Below are positions 50,196 through 61,192 of a DNA stretch of 64,000 nt, one piece after another. Position numbers and translations under genes: made by a program. The stretch comes from Anthoceros angustus. Lineage: Eukaryota > Plantae > Anthocerotophyta. Below the pieces are notes generated by a model. That model saw only the letters and a list, made by a program, of their open reading frames with translations, made no database searches and had not been told where the DNA came from. Positions within the stretch are counted from its first letter, which is position 1. Each line of letters begins with the position of its first letter. Location of the stretch: contig VJWM01000019.1 of NCBI GenBank assembly GCA_010909165.1, positions 620,001-684,000 of the forward strand, in the 5' to 3' direction.

Positions 50196-51503
50196 TCAAT
50201 CGGTAGAAAGCACAGCGCAGTCAGGGGATGGCTCTATTTCGTCCGCTGGCTGCCACCATTCCAGAATGTTCCAGAGAAAGTAGTCGATAATCACCATGAT
50301 ACAGAAAAGCTTGCCGGCCCAGGGTCCACAAGCATAGAATCTGCTGAGACGTTGCAGGAGGTCATTTGTGCGCGTCTGCAAGGCTTGATCATATACTTGC
50401 TCAGTTCTTCTTGCAACATCTGTCCAGCTGTATAGGTCTCGTATTCTGCTATGCATACGATGTGGATCAATCCGAGGAAGAACCTCAATCGCCTTGCTAA
50501 TGGCCTCCACAATGGCCTCGGAGGCAGGCTCTGCCAGCACAATCATATCGGGTGGCAAAACCTCTGGAACACCGCCAACCCGCGTGCTAACAGTGAGGAG
50601 TCCACAGCTGGCTGCCTCCAATAAGGCGATGCAGAAAGCCTCAGTAAGAGAGCAGTTCAAAAAGATGTGGCCTTGAACAAGTACTGAACGCACATCAGCA
50701 TGTGGCACAGCTCCGAGCATCTTCACCCGGTCCTGAATCTCATGCTTCTCCCGCATCTCCTCCAAGCTCACACCTTTAGGTCCATCCCCTCCTACGATGA
50801 ACTCAACACCCGGAAACATGCGGCAAATAGTCGGGATTACTTGGACCAATAGATCTGCTCCCTTGCGATACACCAGCCTGCTCACCACAACAATAACAAT
50901 CTTGTCCGTCGGTCTCCGGCTCACATCAGGCCGGAACACTGCAGTGTCCACTGCACTGGGAATGACGAAAACGTTCCCAGGAGGAATCCCTGATCGCAAC
51001 ACAGTGTTCTCCTTGCTGGTGTGAGAAACGCAAATAGCATGATCCACATCCGCCAAGGTGAATTGCAGAACCTTGTTCATGTGGATGCTTCCAGCGCCTG
51101 CAAACCCATCCAAAGAGTGGTCTGTGAACACCACCTGCAAGCCCATAGTGCGGGCGTGCAAGATTGCTTCATGGCATAGTGTCGAGAAGGCCTGGTGGCC
51201 GTGCACAATTCCAATGCGCTCCCGCAGAATAATGTCCCTGATGACGGGGAAGCTGCCATATATGGTGGGGAAGGTGGCCTGCAGCAGATAGGGCAATCGG
51301 GGAATGTAATAAACCTTGAGCCCGTTGGTCATGTAGCGAACACCGCTGCGCTTGGCATAAGCATGTGTGGCCACCACCACCTTGTGCCCTCGCTGCAGCA
51401 GCAGCTGGGACAGGTAGTAGATGTGATTCTCTACGCCCCCGAAGCTAGGGTAGAAGAAATCCGACACCATCAACACCCGGTGCTTCTGCTGGGGAGGATC
51501 CAT
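50196..51503 (-). CDS. PIGA: GPI N-acetylglucosaminyltransferase catalytic subunit A (PIG-A/GPI3/SETH2), single exon
   Basis: 435-aa ORF: MVSDFFYPSFGGVENHIY, VFTDHSL, SRLVYRKGADLL and FLNCSLTEAFCIALLEAASCGL, with a C-terminal TM helix. Confidence 0.96.
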   Translation of the reverse strand: MDPPQQKHRVLMVSDFFYPSFGGVENHIYYLSQLLLQRGHKVVVATHAYAKRSGVRYMTNGLKVYYIPRLPYLLQATFPTIYGSFPVIRDIILRERIGIVHGHQAFSTLCHEAILHARTMGLQVVFTDHSLDGFAGAGSIHMNKVLQFTLADVDHAICVSHTSKENTVLRSGIPPGNVFVIPSAVDTAVFRPDVSRRPTDKIVIVVVSRLVYRKGADLLVQVIPTICRMFPGVEFIVGGDGPKGVSLEEMREKHEIQDRVKMLGAVPHADVRSVLVQGHIFLNCSLTEAFCIALLEAASCGLLTVSTRVGGVPEVLPPDMIVLAEPASEAIVEAISKAIEVLPRIDPHRMHSRIRDLYSWTDVARRTEQVYDQALQTRTNDLLQRLSRFYACGPWAGKLFCIMVIIDYFLWNILEWWQPADEIEPSPDCAVLSTD

Positions 51504-51802
51504 TGCGAGGGTTAGGGTTGCGTCTGGAAAGTTCCTAGAGGCGAAGCTTGTTGAAAGTGAGAAACATGCTCGATGCGGGACATTTGTATTGACAAACCAC
51601 TGTTCCTTTCAGCTAAAAAGGTAGTGATCAAAATCACATTTAAATTGTACACCATCCGTTTGGAGTTAGACCCATGCACACAAGGATGGAATGTGGGGTG
51701 CAGCAGCCTCAACCACGAACGTGGCATCCACTTCCGCAGTCCGAGTACACCAGCACTACCCTAAATACACAATGCAGACTGGCGTAAGCCATGTCATCAG
51801 CC

Positions 51803-53064
51803 TCAATAATCTTTCTTCTTAGACCGACGTTTCTTCTCTGTGCTTCTCTCCTCGTCAACGGAGTTTTTGATCTACACACAAAGTTATGAAGCAAGGTTAG
51901 CCAAATCCGCACTTCATAATTCTGGAAGTTCCGACACGCAGGAACAATTTCAACACCTGTGACCAGAAGCATCTCACTCCTTACCATGATGTGAAGAATG
52001 CGGATGAATATGGCGGCGAAGTCCAGATACAAATCCAAGGCATGCGTCACATAATCAAGATCTCCGTGGTCTGCCCTCTCAATGATCATCTGAGTGTCGA
52101 ACAAAATATAACCGACGAACAACAGGAGTCCTCCATAGAGCTGCACGGACAAAGACAACACTCAGAACGTTCCCAAAACCCTGCATGGCCCGCACAAACA
52201 AAAGGGATTGAAACGTTCAGTCCAGTTGCCATCAGGAACGTGAGGAGGGAGGGTTACCTGGATGTTGAAGTTCAAGATTGAAGCCCCAAAAAAGTATGCA
52301 CAGACATGCAGCAAGAGCATGGTGCTCATGGCAGACGACAGGACACCCCCAAGGAATAAAAATTCACGACGCCTGGCCAACAGAGCCGAGCCAGTGAAAC
52401 AACCAAAAACCACCACAGTTCCCAAGAACGCTGTGATCACAAGACTGCACTCACAGACGAAGCCCACCGATTAGAAACAGCCCATGCATGGCAATAAGGT
52501 CAACCAAGGGTAACTCATGTCTTCAAACCCTTTCCTACCTCGGATTGATTTCTGTAGCAAGCTCAATCAACGGCCCGAACGAGGCTCCCTGAAGAAAAGA
52601 AATTGCTCCCAAGAGTTTCCACCTCGTGCTCTGCAAGGCATCGCAGTTTATTAGCCCTTTAGACCAAAGGATCCATCCTGAAACAAGATAGCCTGAAGAG
52701 CAACCCATGCCTGAGCATACCTTGTTAGAGCTGTAAGCCGGCAACGCCGCGAGCCATATGACACAACCGAACAAACCAATGGTGGTGAGATACCCTCCGA
52801 AGTTCCAGAACAGATGAGCAGAGCATCCCAACACAGAAATCAGAACCGACGCGGTGAGCGTGGCGTAAACCTGCAACACAAACACCCCTGTCAAAACACC
52901 GAGCTCAGCCAGAAATCCCTCCGCTCAGAGGAGTCCAAGCACAGAGGGCTTACCCGCTGCAGGTGCGATTGGACGACGGGTGAGATCCCCCGGAAGTTCT
53001 TCAAAGCATCGTAGTTCCAACCCGCAGAGGGCCTCTCCTCGAAGAAGGCTGATGCCGCATCCAT
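51803..53064 (-). CDS. BI-1: Bax inhibitor-1, 6 exons
   Basis: YDALKNFRGISPVVQSHLQR|VYATL, FLQGASFGPLI, FGCFTGSALLARRREFLFLGG and LFDTQMIIERADHGDLDYVTHALDLYLDF; Lys/Arg-rich tail EKKRRSKKKDY*. Confidence 0.93.
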
Positions 53065-53929
53065 ACCTGCTGCAGCGCAAGCCCAAATCCAAGAGATGCC
53101 GAAGACGGTGGTGCAAACCCTACAGCCGCTCAAGAGTCAGGGGGCCACAGGAGAGGATATGCCAATGCCACCACACAGAAAACTCACGACAGCGTCGAAC
53201 TCCCACCACGCACGCAATTTATGTAGCGACCACAGGGGGACGCGGACAAAGGTCGCGGAAGGTCAAGAACCAGTCTAGAAGGTTGTTTGACGTATTCAGT
53301 AAGATGGAACCTCGTGGAACTTACATATTTATACCATACATAGAATGGTACATACGTCAAGGTACGCGGCTAGGTAGGTATTTACATCTCGAAACAGAAA
53401 TTACCTGGTCTGGACGTGTGGACCATTTCTCGAGTTATCGAGACAGGAATTACCTGAGTTGGACCTTTTTCTCGATTTGTGCCAAAAATAGGAATTATGT
53501 CCCTGGTTGCTGCTAGGAGCAAAGCCCTTGTGCTGGTTCCGATTTACGGGCTACTCGGCATCCCAGAAGAGGTCGTGGTCTCCGTTTTTCCTCAGGATTT
53601 GCATTTTTGCCGTGACAAGCGAGGCAAGCAGAACGTCCTTCTTCTATGACCAGTTCAAACGTGAATCAAGCGGAGGCTGCAAGTTTTCCAAGTAAGCTGT
53701 CAACAAGGAAGATTCGATCTCATAAACCGTGAAGATCTTTCCAGAGCGAAGGAAAGGACTTTATTGGACCGTGTAATATTGCTAGGTCAGCAAGATGCTG
53801 ATTCCAGCTTGCTGCCAGTGCCAATGCCAGTGCCAGACTACTTTCTCATGAGTTTTCTCGTTGATGTCTAAAGCTTCCTATATTCTATCATGGCTTCCGG
53901 ACGAAGCCGTCGAGGTGGGTGTCAAGTGG

Positions 53930-54400
53930 GCTTTCATGCGTGGCGCTTCTCCTCCCTTTCCTGGCGGTTGGGCGGAAGGATGGCAGCATGCCTGGTGCGG
54001 CGCTGCATCCAGTCGCTCACAAGGTCTTCGTCCACATCGAATGCAGCCTTGAGCAGTTCCCGGGGCATGTTCCAGAATACGCTGTCTTCTCCAGCCTTAT
54101 GCTTCGGTATGGGCCTGCATGGTCCACCACAGCAGAGCACAGATTGGCACACATATCCCACATTGCAAACAAAGGAAAGACGTGCAAATTAAAGGCCTAG
54201 GACTGGAGTCCGCAATGTCGGAGGTGGTGAGGCCATGAGATGGCATCCTTCGCAGCCTGCTCAATTGGTGGCCGGGTATCCCATGGGGATCATCATCATC
54301 TGGCCCTCTTGGAGCTCCTCGTAGAAGCAGCGTTCACCGCTGAGCTTGAGCACCTGCACGCACAAAGGCCCTTTGCGATGGGAGGTTGAGATCATGGAGG
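53930..54400 (-). pseudogene. Cupin (vicilin/7S-globulin-like) C-terminal fragment
   Basis: VQVLKLSGERCFYEELQEGQMMMIPMGYPAT* and AGEDSVFWNMPRELLKAAFDVDEDLV resemble the cupin-1 C-terminal motifs; stop codon, no 5' part. Confidence 0.65.
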
Positions 54401-54699
54401 CAGAAATGATGGAACTCTGTCTCAACCAAAAAGGGATTGTCTCCACCAAGAAGGTTTCGGTTGAATCCGGCCGAAAAATACCCGAAATCTCACAAACAAA
54501 AACAACACTTCTCTCGTTAATGAAGTTGAGGAGGAGGACAAAGACACCGACAAGATTGCAAATGAACTCGATGAAATTGAGAAGCAGGACAATGACGACG
54601 ACATCAATGCAAAGGAGCTGGAAAACACGGACCCTATGGAGCCAAAAAAATGAAACTCACATGGTACCAAAAAGATGGTCGCCGCTGCCCCCAGCTGCA

Positions 54700-55560
54700 A
54701 ATCACGTGAGGCCAATTGTGGCACAACGTGGTCGTGGATTAAGTCCCCCTGTACCCTATGGAAACGTCTTACCTCGTGTCCGGAAGAAAAACTAGGAACC
54801 ATACCGGCTTGGACGAGAATGTTTGGAGGGCTCGCTCCATAACTCCAACAAAAAGCTCTCTAGTAACACCTTCTTTTCAGCGAGGTTGGACAGTCACGCA
54901 GTTAGCGACAAAAAAACATCACCAGACACCAACACTAGGCCTCAAAGTAGCCCGCCGTCCTTCCATGGAACGACTCGCAGTCAGCACAGTCTGCCGCTAC
55001 TATTGCAGCAAGAGTCAACAAGAATACATGAGACATCAGAGAGCTCCCCATCTTTGCCTAAACTAGAAGCTTAGCTCTCTCCCCTTGATCTCCTCCTCAA
55101 CTAGAAGCTTAGCTCTCTCCCCTTGATCTCCTCCTCAACAAGCACGCTTACACTCTAGGCTCCCAAAGCCTCTACGTACCATAGTCCTATTCTCACAAGA
55201 GTGTAGCTCACAAAGTGCTAGGATCCTTCTAGACATGCTCACGCTCAAGGCTCCCAAAGCCTTAAGGTTCCAAAGTCCTATCTCACGAGTTAGCTCCCAA
55301 CACTAGGATCACAGGATGCTTTTTTTTTCCTCTAGGGCTAGCCTAATCTCCTTTTATAAGGAGGTTTACATCATTCTCAAAAGTAACTGCCTAAAGCAAA
55401 CTTTCTTCCTTAAGCCCTAAGCTAAGTCTTACTACCACACTTACAACTTACTAACTAGATCTAGGGCTGCATGCAAGGCTTCTTACTTCTCTAGACTCCA
55501 ACAAAAAGCTTTCTAAGAGATTTTCAGTTAACAAGCATACCAAAAGGCAAATTTACTCAC
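54700..55560. mobile_element. Possible LTR-like remnant with a 38-bp tandem duplication (55061-55136)
   Basis: AACTAGAAGCTTAGCTCTCTCCCCTTGATCTCCTCCTC x2; CT-rich LTR-like composition with a TATA-like CTTATAAAAGG on the minus strand. No coding domains seen. Confidence 0.35.
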
Positions 55561-55904
55561 TTGTAGATATGGAAGATTTTGTTCATGACTGGCTCAAGAC
55601 TTCTTATTGGAATGAAATTAGGGCAAGTTTCAATTGGCGTATAAGAGCGCCGTACAAGAAAAGACCAACTAAAGCCCAGTCTTCAATAACTTTCGAACTC
55701 ACCAGTAAAAACCAAGTCTCTATCAACTGTAGTTTCAAAGTCTCTATAATTTCATTAAAAAAAGATATCTTAACAATATCCCCTATTTTGATTCTATAAC
55801 TTGGAATTATAATCATTTTTTGGTATTCATGGCTCGTCTTGGTTTGAACGGCAGATCTTCAGTGAGTGTCAAACTGATGTGATAACATACTGTACACCAC
55901 GAAG

Positions 55905-56087
55905 CCGTTCTAATTAGAATAATTTCATGTAACTTATCCACATCGAGATGTTGGCATTGTAGGACCCGTTCTAATTAGAATAATTTCATGTAACTTATCC
56001 ACATCGAGATGTTGGCATTGTAGGACCCGTTCTAATTAGAATAATTTCATGTAACTTATCCACATCGAGATGTTGGCATTGTAGGAC
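55905..56087. repeat. 61-bp perfect tandem repeat x3
   Basis: CCGTTCTAATTAGAATAATTTCATGTAACTTATCCACATCGAGATGTTGGCATTGTAGGAC at 55905, 55966 and 56027. Confidence 0.95.
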
Positions 56088-56443
56088 ATCGGATCGTCAC
56101 AAGAGTAGTTGATAACAATAATTCTAGAAATTATAAATAATAAACAACTCATACTACACTCCAAGATGGATAATGATGATAGTGAGATTTCGATGAAGCG
56201 AGTGGAACATCACAAGAGTATTTGATAGCACTCTCTCTATAAACTAAAGTCGCTGAAGAAAATAGAAGATCACAAAGAACTAATCACACTATTTATAAAA
56301 ATTATATTTCTTCTCAAGTACAAAAAATAGAAGTACAAGAATAGTATTCAGATTTTAAATATTTAATCTAATAAACTAGTGCCTGAGTTAAGTTATCATT
56401 ACAGTTCATACTTCTAAATGTTTGTGCTTAACTAGCACAAGAG

Positions 56444-57340
56444 CTATTTCCAAAGAGTAGCTTGGGTGCCTTTATCCAAGCTGTTCATTATAAGACCTTC
56501 GGCCAAAGACACTCTCACAATGTCCTCGTCATGATCGTAGAAAAAGAAAGCAGCATCCAGAAAGTCTGGCTCATCGTAGTTGTTCCTTGTCCCCATCATC
56601 ATCGTAGAAAAAGAAAGCAGCGTCCAGAAAGTCTGGCTCATCGTAGTTGCTCCTTCCCTCCAGTCCCTGCAACACACACGTCGTCATCCGCCATATATAT
56701 TCAGGAATCGGAACATTTGGTGTAAAGCAAGCAGTGCGTTTGCGCCAAGTGGTATCAAGAAGCGGTGGAAATCGTTCAACGGGAAAGCTAGAAGTCCTTA
56801 CCAGCCACACATTCCACATTCTATCGACGTTTGCGTGATGCACGAAGAAGAGGGGGTCCCTGGGGCTGTGGTGGATCACACCCATGTCGGCATAGTACAT
56901 AGACCTATCTCCCGTCCAGAAATGCACGAGATAGAACGAGATGGCTCGATCATGTCGTTCCAGCCTTGTGGGTGCGGGAGTTCCTCCCCATGGTGAATCG
57001 GGTAGGACAAGAAGGGATGCCTCTCGCCAGCGACTAGTCCTTTCCACAATCAGGTCATGCAAATGCGCGTTGTTCTTAGCGCGTTGTCGCTCCGTCTTCT
57101 CTGGTGTGACCGCAGTATAGTGCCCGTGGAATGCACATCGTCCAGAACGAGGTTGACCACCGCAGGCGGAGCTCCAGGCTGGTGGCGGGCATCCCGATAC
57201 TTGGAGGTGGTGGGAAGGTGCTCTTAATCGGAACTCTGGTTGTCCCCAGTTCCAGAAGGGCAGAGCAAAATTGTCATCTCCCACCAGCTTGGCAAGGATC
57301 CTCTAGTAGAAGAAGGTGAACCTGCGCAGCAGGCTCTCAA
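56444..57340 (-). pseudogene. Polyphenol oxidase pseudogene (exon 2-3 equivalent)
   Basis: FTFFY*RILAKLVGDDNFALPFWNW (premature TAG), frameshifts, ADMGVIHHSPRDPLFFVHHANVDRMW; internal duplication of about 63 bp of NYDEPDFLDAAFFFYD; no CuA exon. Confidence 0.88.
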
Positions 57341-57589
57341 GGTCATCCACATTCCACAGCAGCTCGAAGCCTAACAAGCAAGAACAAGAGCGGCAGCCCA
57401 TTTCCGGTGTTATAAGCTTGCAAACACAAGGATCTGACAGTGCTAGCGGTGAAAGTCCAGCTGTTGTGCACCAGGTAGACCGCGGTTGGTGGTGGTGCTG
57501 CTGCTGCTGCAAGGTTCCCGAGTCGTGGAAGCCTCTCATGGACACCACTGCAGCAGAGGAGCTGGAAACCAGCAGCGGGCGGGCCCATG

Positions 57590-58513
57590 TGCGATTTCAA
57601 CCTCACCAGGCTAACTAAACTAACAACATCCAGCGCTCCGAGACATTTGCGTGCAGAAATCAAGCAACCCACAGTCCCTCCCTACGAGAACCTACCGCTC
57701 TGCTGGTTCGCCTTGATGGCCTTGATGTGGTTGACCCACCACCTACTCCTGAATGATCTGCAATGCATCAACGGAGCCGGAGCAGGAGCAAGAGCAAGAG
57801 CAAGAGCAGGAGAGGAACTGAAGCCGGAGTCGGAGCCTTCGCTTTGGAAGCAGGATGGCTTTCCGGAGCTGGATCACACTGTCCATTAAAGCTGGCTTTT
57901 CCATCCAATCCATCCATCGCTGGTGAGAAAATTTTGTTCTGGCGTACTGATCAATCTCGATTGACGAGCAAATTTGGATTCCAGGGTGCTCGTTCCTTTG
58001 TCTTGATCCAACCGCCACTGCCTGCAGGCCTAGGTTCACTTTCTTCTGCGAGCGTATTTTGGCGAAGCTGGTGGACGATGAAGGCTTGACTTTGCCGTTT
58101 TGGAATTGGCCAGGAATTGGGACAACCAGAGTCCGTTGCACCCGATTCTCCCCAACGTCCTCCCGCACTTCTTCCGAGAACCTGACAAGTATCCCGGACT
58201 TTTCCACGCCCAGCCCCGGCGACACCCCAGGCACATGCCTATAGCGTGCACCCGCTCCATGTCACTCCAGGTGGAACATGATCGCCTTGGCCAAGTTGGC
58301 TTCACTCAAGGTGCATCTTCCTTACACCTTACTATATTTCAATGTGCACACGCAGATGAAGAGGACGAGCTCCGTCACACCAACAGCGCGACGAATTTGC
58401 AACAATTCATTGTGCAAGCAACAGCCAACGGCGATCCAGCCGGCTTCCTGTCCTTTCCAATTCGCTTGGGACAGACAACACTCCAAATATTCCCACAGCA
58501 CTCCCAAGCATAA
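57590..58513 (+). pseudogene. Polyphenol oxidase pseudogene (CuA to mid-gene), oriented away from the previous copy
   Basis: CINGA..(GCAAGA)n insertion..GFPELDHTVH*SWLFHP, intron, FTFFCERILAKLVDDEGLTLPFWNW, WDNQSPLHPILPNVLPHFFREPDKYPGL; stop and frameshifts. Confidence 0.85.
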
Positions 58514-60219
58514 CCAGGATTCGATGCCAGGGGCTGGAGGGAAGGAGGAACTGGAACCATGACCCGGCCTTCCAGACCAAAAAAATATTTGAACACAACG
58601 GAAACTCAAGGGTTCAACAAGAACGTTTGATTCGGCCGTTAGGTTTTACCAAATAAGATAGGCTAGCTTATAAACCGCGGTGATACATTTTCGAGTCTGG
58701 TGCTCTCGTCAATTTGTTGGCACCCCGGGTTCCGCAGGCTTCCACCAGCAGCAATGCTCTTCCCTCTTGTATTTCCGCGTGCACCCGAAACGAGATTTAC
58801 TAGTTTGAGTGCCTTTTGAGCGGATCGACTGCACGGACTGCCTGTCGGTGAGCGTGAGAATGTGAGTACACTGGTGGTACTTGAATTGGTCAGTTGTTTG
58901 GCATCTGAGTTTTAATTCGAAGGTCTGTGAATCTTGGAGTGTTTTGAAAGAGTGCGGACCTCTTGGATGATGTCACCAAGCACATGCACCTTATTCGGAG
59001 GTATAACTAACTTTGGTAACTCTTGATCAGTTTGCAGTGCTCATCGAGATACCTAACCTTGATTATAGTGTCTTGGGACGGAAACCATGGTGGATCACAG
59101 GATGTTTTTCCATATCGTGTGTATCTCGGTATACACAATGCATATGTTCACAATGTTGGGCTGGACTCTGACTCCGGCCGCGATTGAAGAGATTATGTTT
59201 ATATTAACTATAAAATGGATAATTCTGTCGATCATAGAAGAGATCGTATCCGGAGTAATTGAATTGATCATATAGTGGATCATACAGGGAGTAATAATAT
59301 TTAATATAAATGAATTATTTGGTTTATCATACAGTGCATCACGTGGCTTTGTTATGACGAATGTACATGGATATGGCTCGAGGCAGGGTTACGGGTTCGT
59401 CCAATTGCCACTCATGCTGGCCTGGTCCTTTCCGCGGACTTAGCACATACCAGAATCCCTACATCAGAGTGAGAGGATCAATCTTATTGGACGGGAAATC
59501 ATATCTAAGACAATTATAAATGTCAATCATGGCAAATATATAACAAGTGTGTCAACAATTATGTACCACGACATCTTTATGTTCAGGTTTTAGGGTATAT
59601 ACTTTCAAGTGATCTATATATAACTTTTATGGTATATACTTTGAGGTGAAGTGAAGTAAAACATTTATTTCTTTCTCTCTATCAAAACTTCTAATGAGAT
59701 AAACTTTGATACAATTTTGTGTGCATTCTTCATGCAATACACATACTTTGAATTTCAATGAAGCAAGACCTATCTCGTTCCTACCATAGTATCTTACAAA
59801 TAAAAAGAATTTCAATCTCTTTAAGTTTTGGTCTCTCTCGGCGCATATTATGTATAGAGTTAACATTTTTTAACATTTTCTTTACCGTCCAAACAAATAT
59901 AAGGAGCATTTTGAATTCATAAGTAAAGACCAATCTCTTTTAGGATTTAAGATTATAATTTCCTAAAATTTTATTTTATGATGCAAATAAATCTAACGGC
60001 ACTGGTAGCTTTAGTAACTTCTAAATTTACAAGCAAAGACCAGTCTTCATTAATTTCTAAATTCACAATCTAAAACCAATTTCTTTATCTATTGCAGTTT
60101 GAAAGCCTCTATGTTCAAAACTATTACATCATTTTTATAATATAATTATGCATAAATTCACCAGAAAACATGTCGCGACAAGGTTCCAGATACTATACTT
60201 GTAACTATAATCATATTTT

Positions 60220-60612
60220 AGTTTTAATTATCGTCGTAGTTTGTCTTCCTGCTGGTATGAGTGTCTTAGCGATTCTGTGTTGTTGGGGGTGTAGCCGCCC
60301 TTGGAGCTAGTTTATTAGTTGTGATTATCAACGTAGTTTGTCTTTCTGCTACCATGAGTGTCTTTGCAACTCTTCGTTGTTGGGGCTGTAGCCGCCCTTG
60401 GAACAGTTTTTTCAGCTGTAATTATCATCGTAGCACAAGTGTCTTTGTAATTATCATCATAACACATGTGTCTTCACAACTCTGTGTTTCATCCTAAGTT
60501 TGGCACTAATGTCTTGACAACTTTGTGTTTCATCATAATTTGGCACCAGTGTCTTGACAACTCTGTGTATCATCTTAAGTTTGGTAAGAGTGCCTTCACA
60601 ACTCTGTGTTTG
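60220..60612. repeat. Diverged tandem repeats (about 95-bp x2, then about 40-bp x4) in AT-rich, probably TE-derived DNA
   Basis: TTATC.TCGTAGTTTGTCTT..TGCT..ATGAGTGTCTT..GTTGGGG.TGTAGCCGCCCTTGGA twice; then GTGTCTT.ACAACTCTGTGT.TCATC recurring. Confidence 0.7.
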
Positions 60613-61192
60613 TCCCTTGTATAATGTTTATTATTTATAATTTTTTAAAATTCTCTAAAAATATTATTGATATATTGGTTAAAAATTATATTAGTCCTTA
60701 AAAATGACATCTGCACTAGGTTCATTGGAACCCTATGGTCAAGCGTTCTTGAGTTGGGATCAAGCACCCTTGAGTTGGATCACCGCTAGGATGGGCAATT
60801 CATTGCTGATAACCGTTAGGATGGGCACTTCATCCCAAGTCGCCTCTTGTGAAGAAAACTCTGAAAAGCCATACTAAAAATTTAAATTATTAGATTTATT
60901 AGACAAGTCTCTAAGTTAATTTTTCATTACAATGCTAGCACTAGACCTCCAAGGTGCACGCTAGAATAATCTTCATTCCTCAAGTAACCGCTTAGGAGGC
61001 TGCGACATAAATGTAGGATATGTGGCGGAAATCATGTTGGGCTTTAGGAATGGATCGGCTATAACCATTCCAACTGAACCTGTTTGGCAAAGTTTATAAC
61101 ACCATTGCTAGCCAGCAAGACGCTGAATCTAACTGGCTTTATCAAAAACTTCCCGGTTCTCTCTCTCGCTCATATGCTAAGTAGAAACATCC

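Noticed and set aside
55905-56087. Perfect DnaA box TTATCCACA in each 61-bp unit (bacterial origin-like)
   Set aside because: There is only one independent occurrence, triplicated by tandem duplication. A 9-mer is expected about once by chance in 64 kb on two strands, and the context resembles LTR-type TGTAAC..CCACATCG sequence.
59087-59283. Hydrophobic 62-aa ORFs on both strands
   Set aside because: AT-rich codon bias yields Ile/Met-rich peptides; there is no motif or other support.
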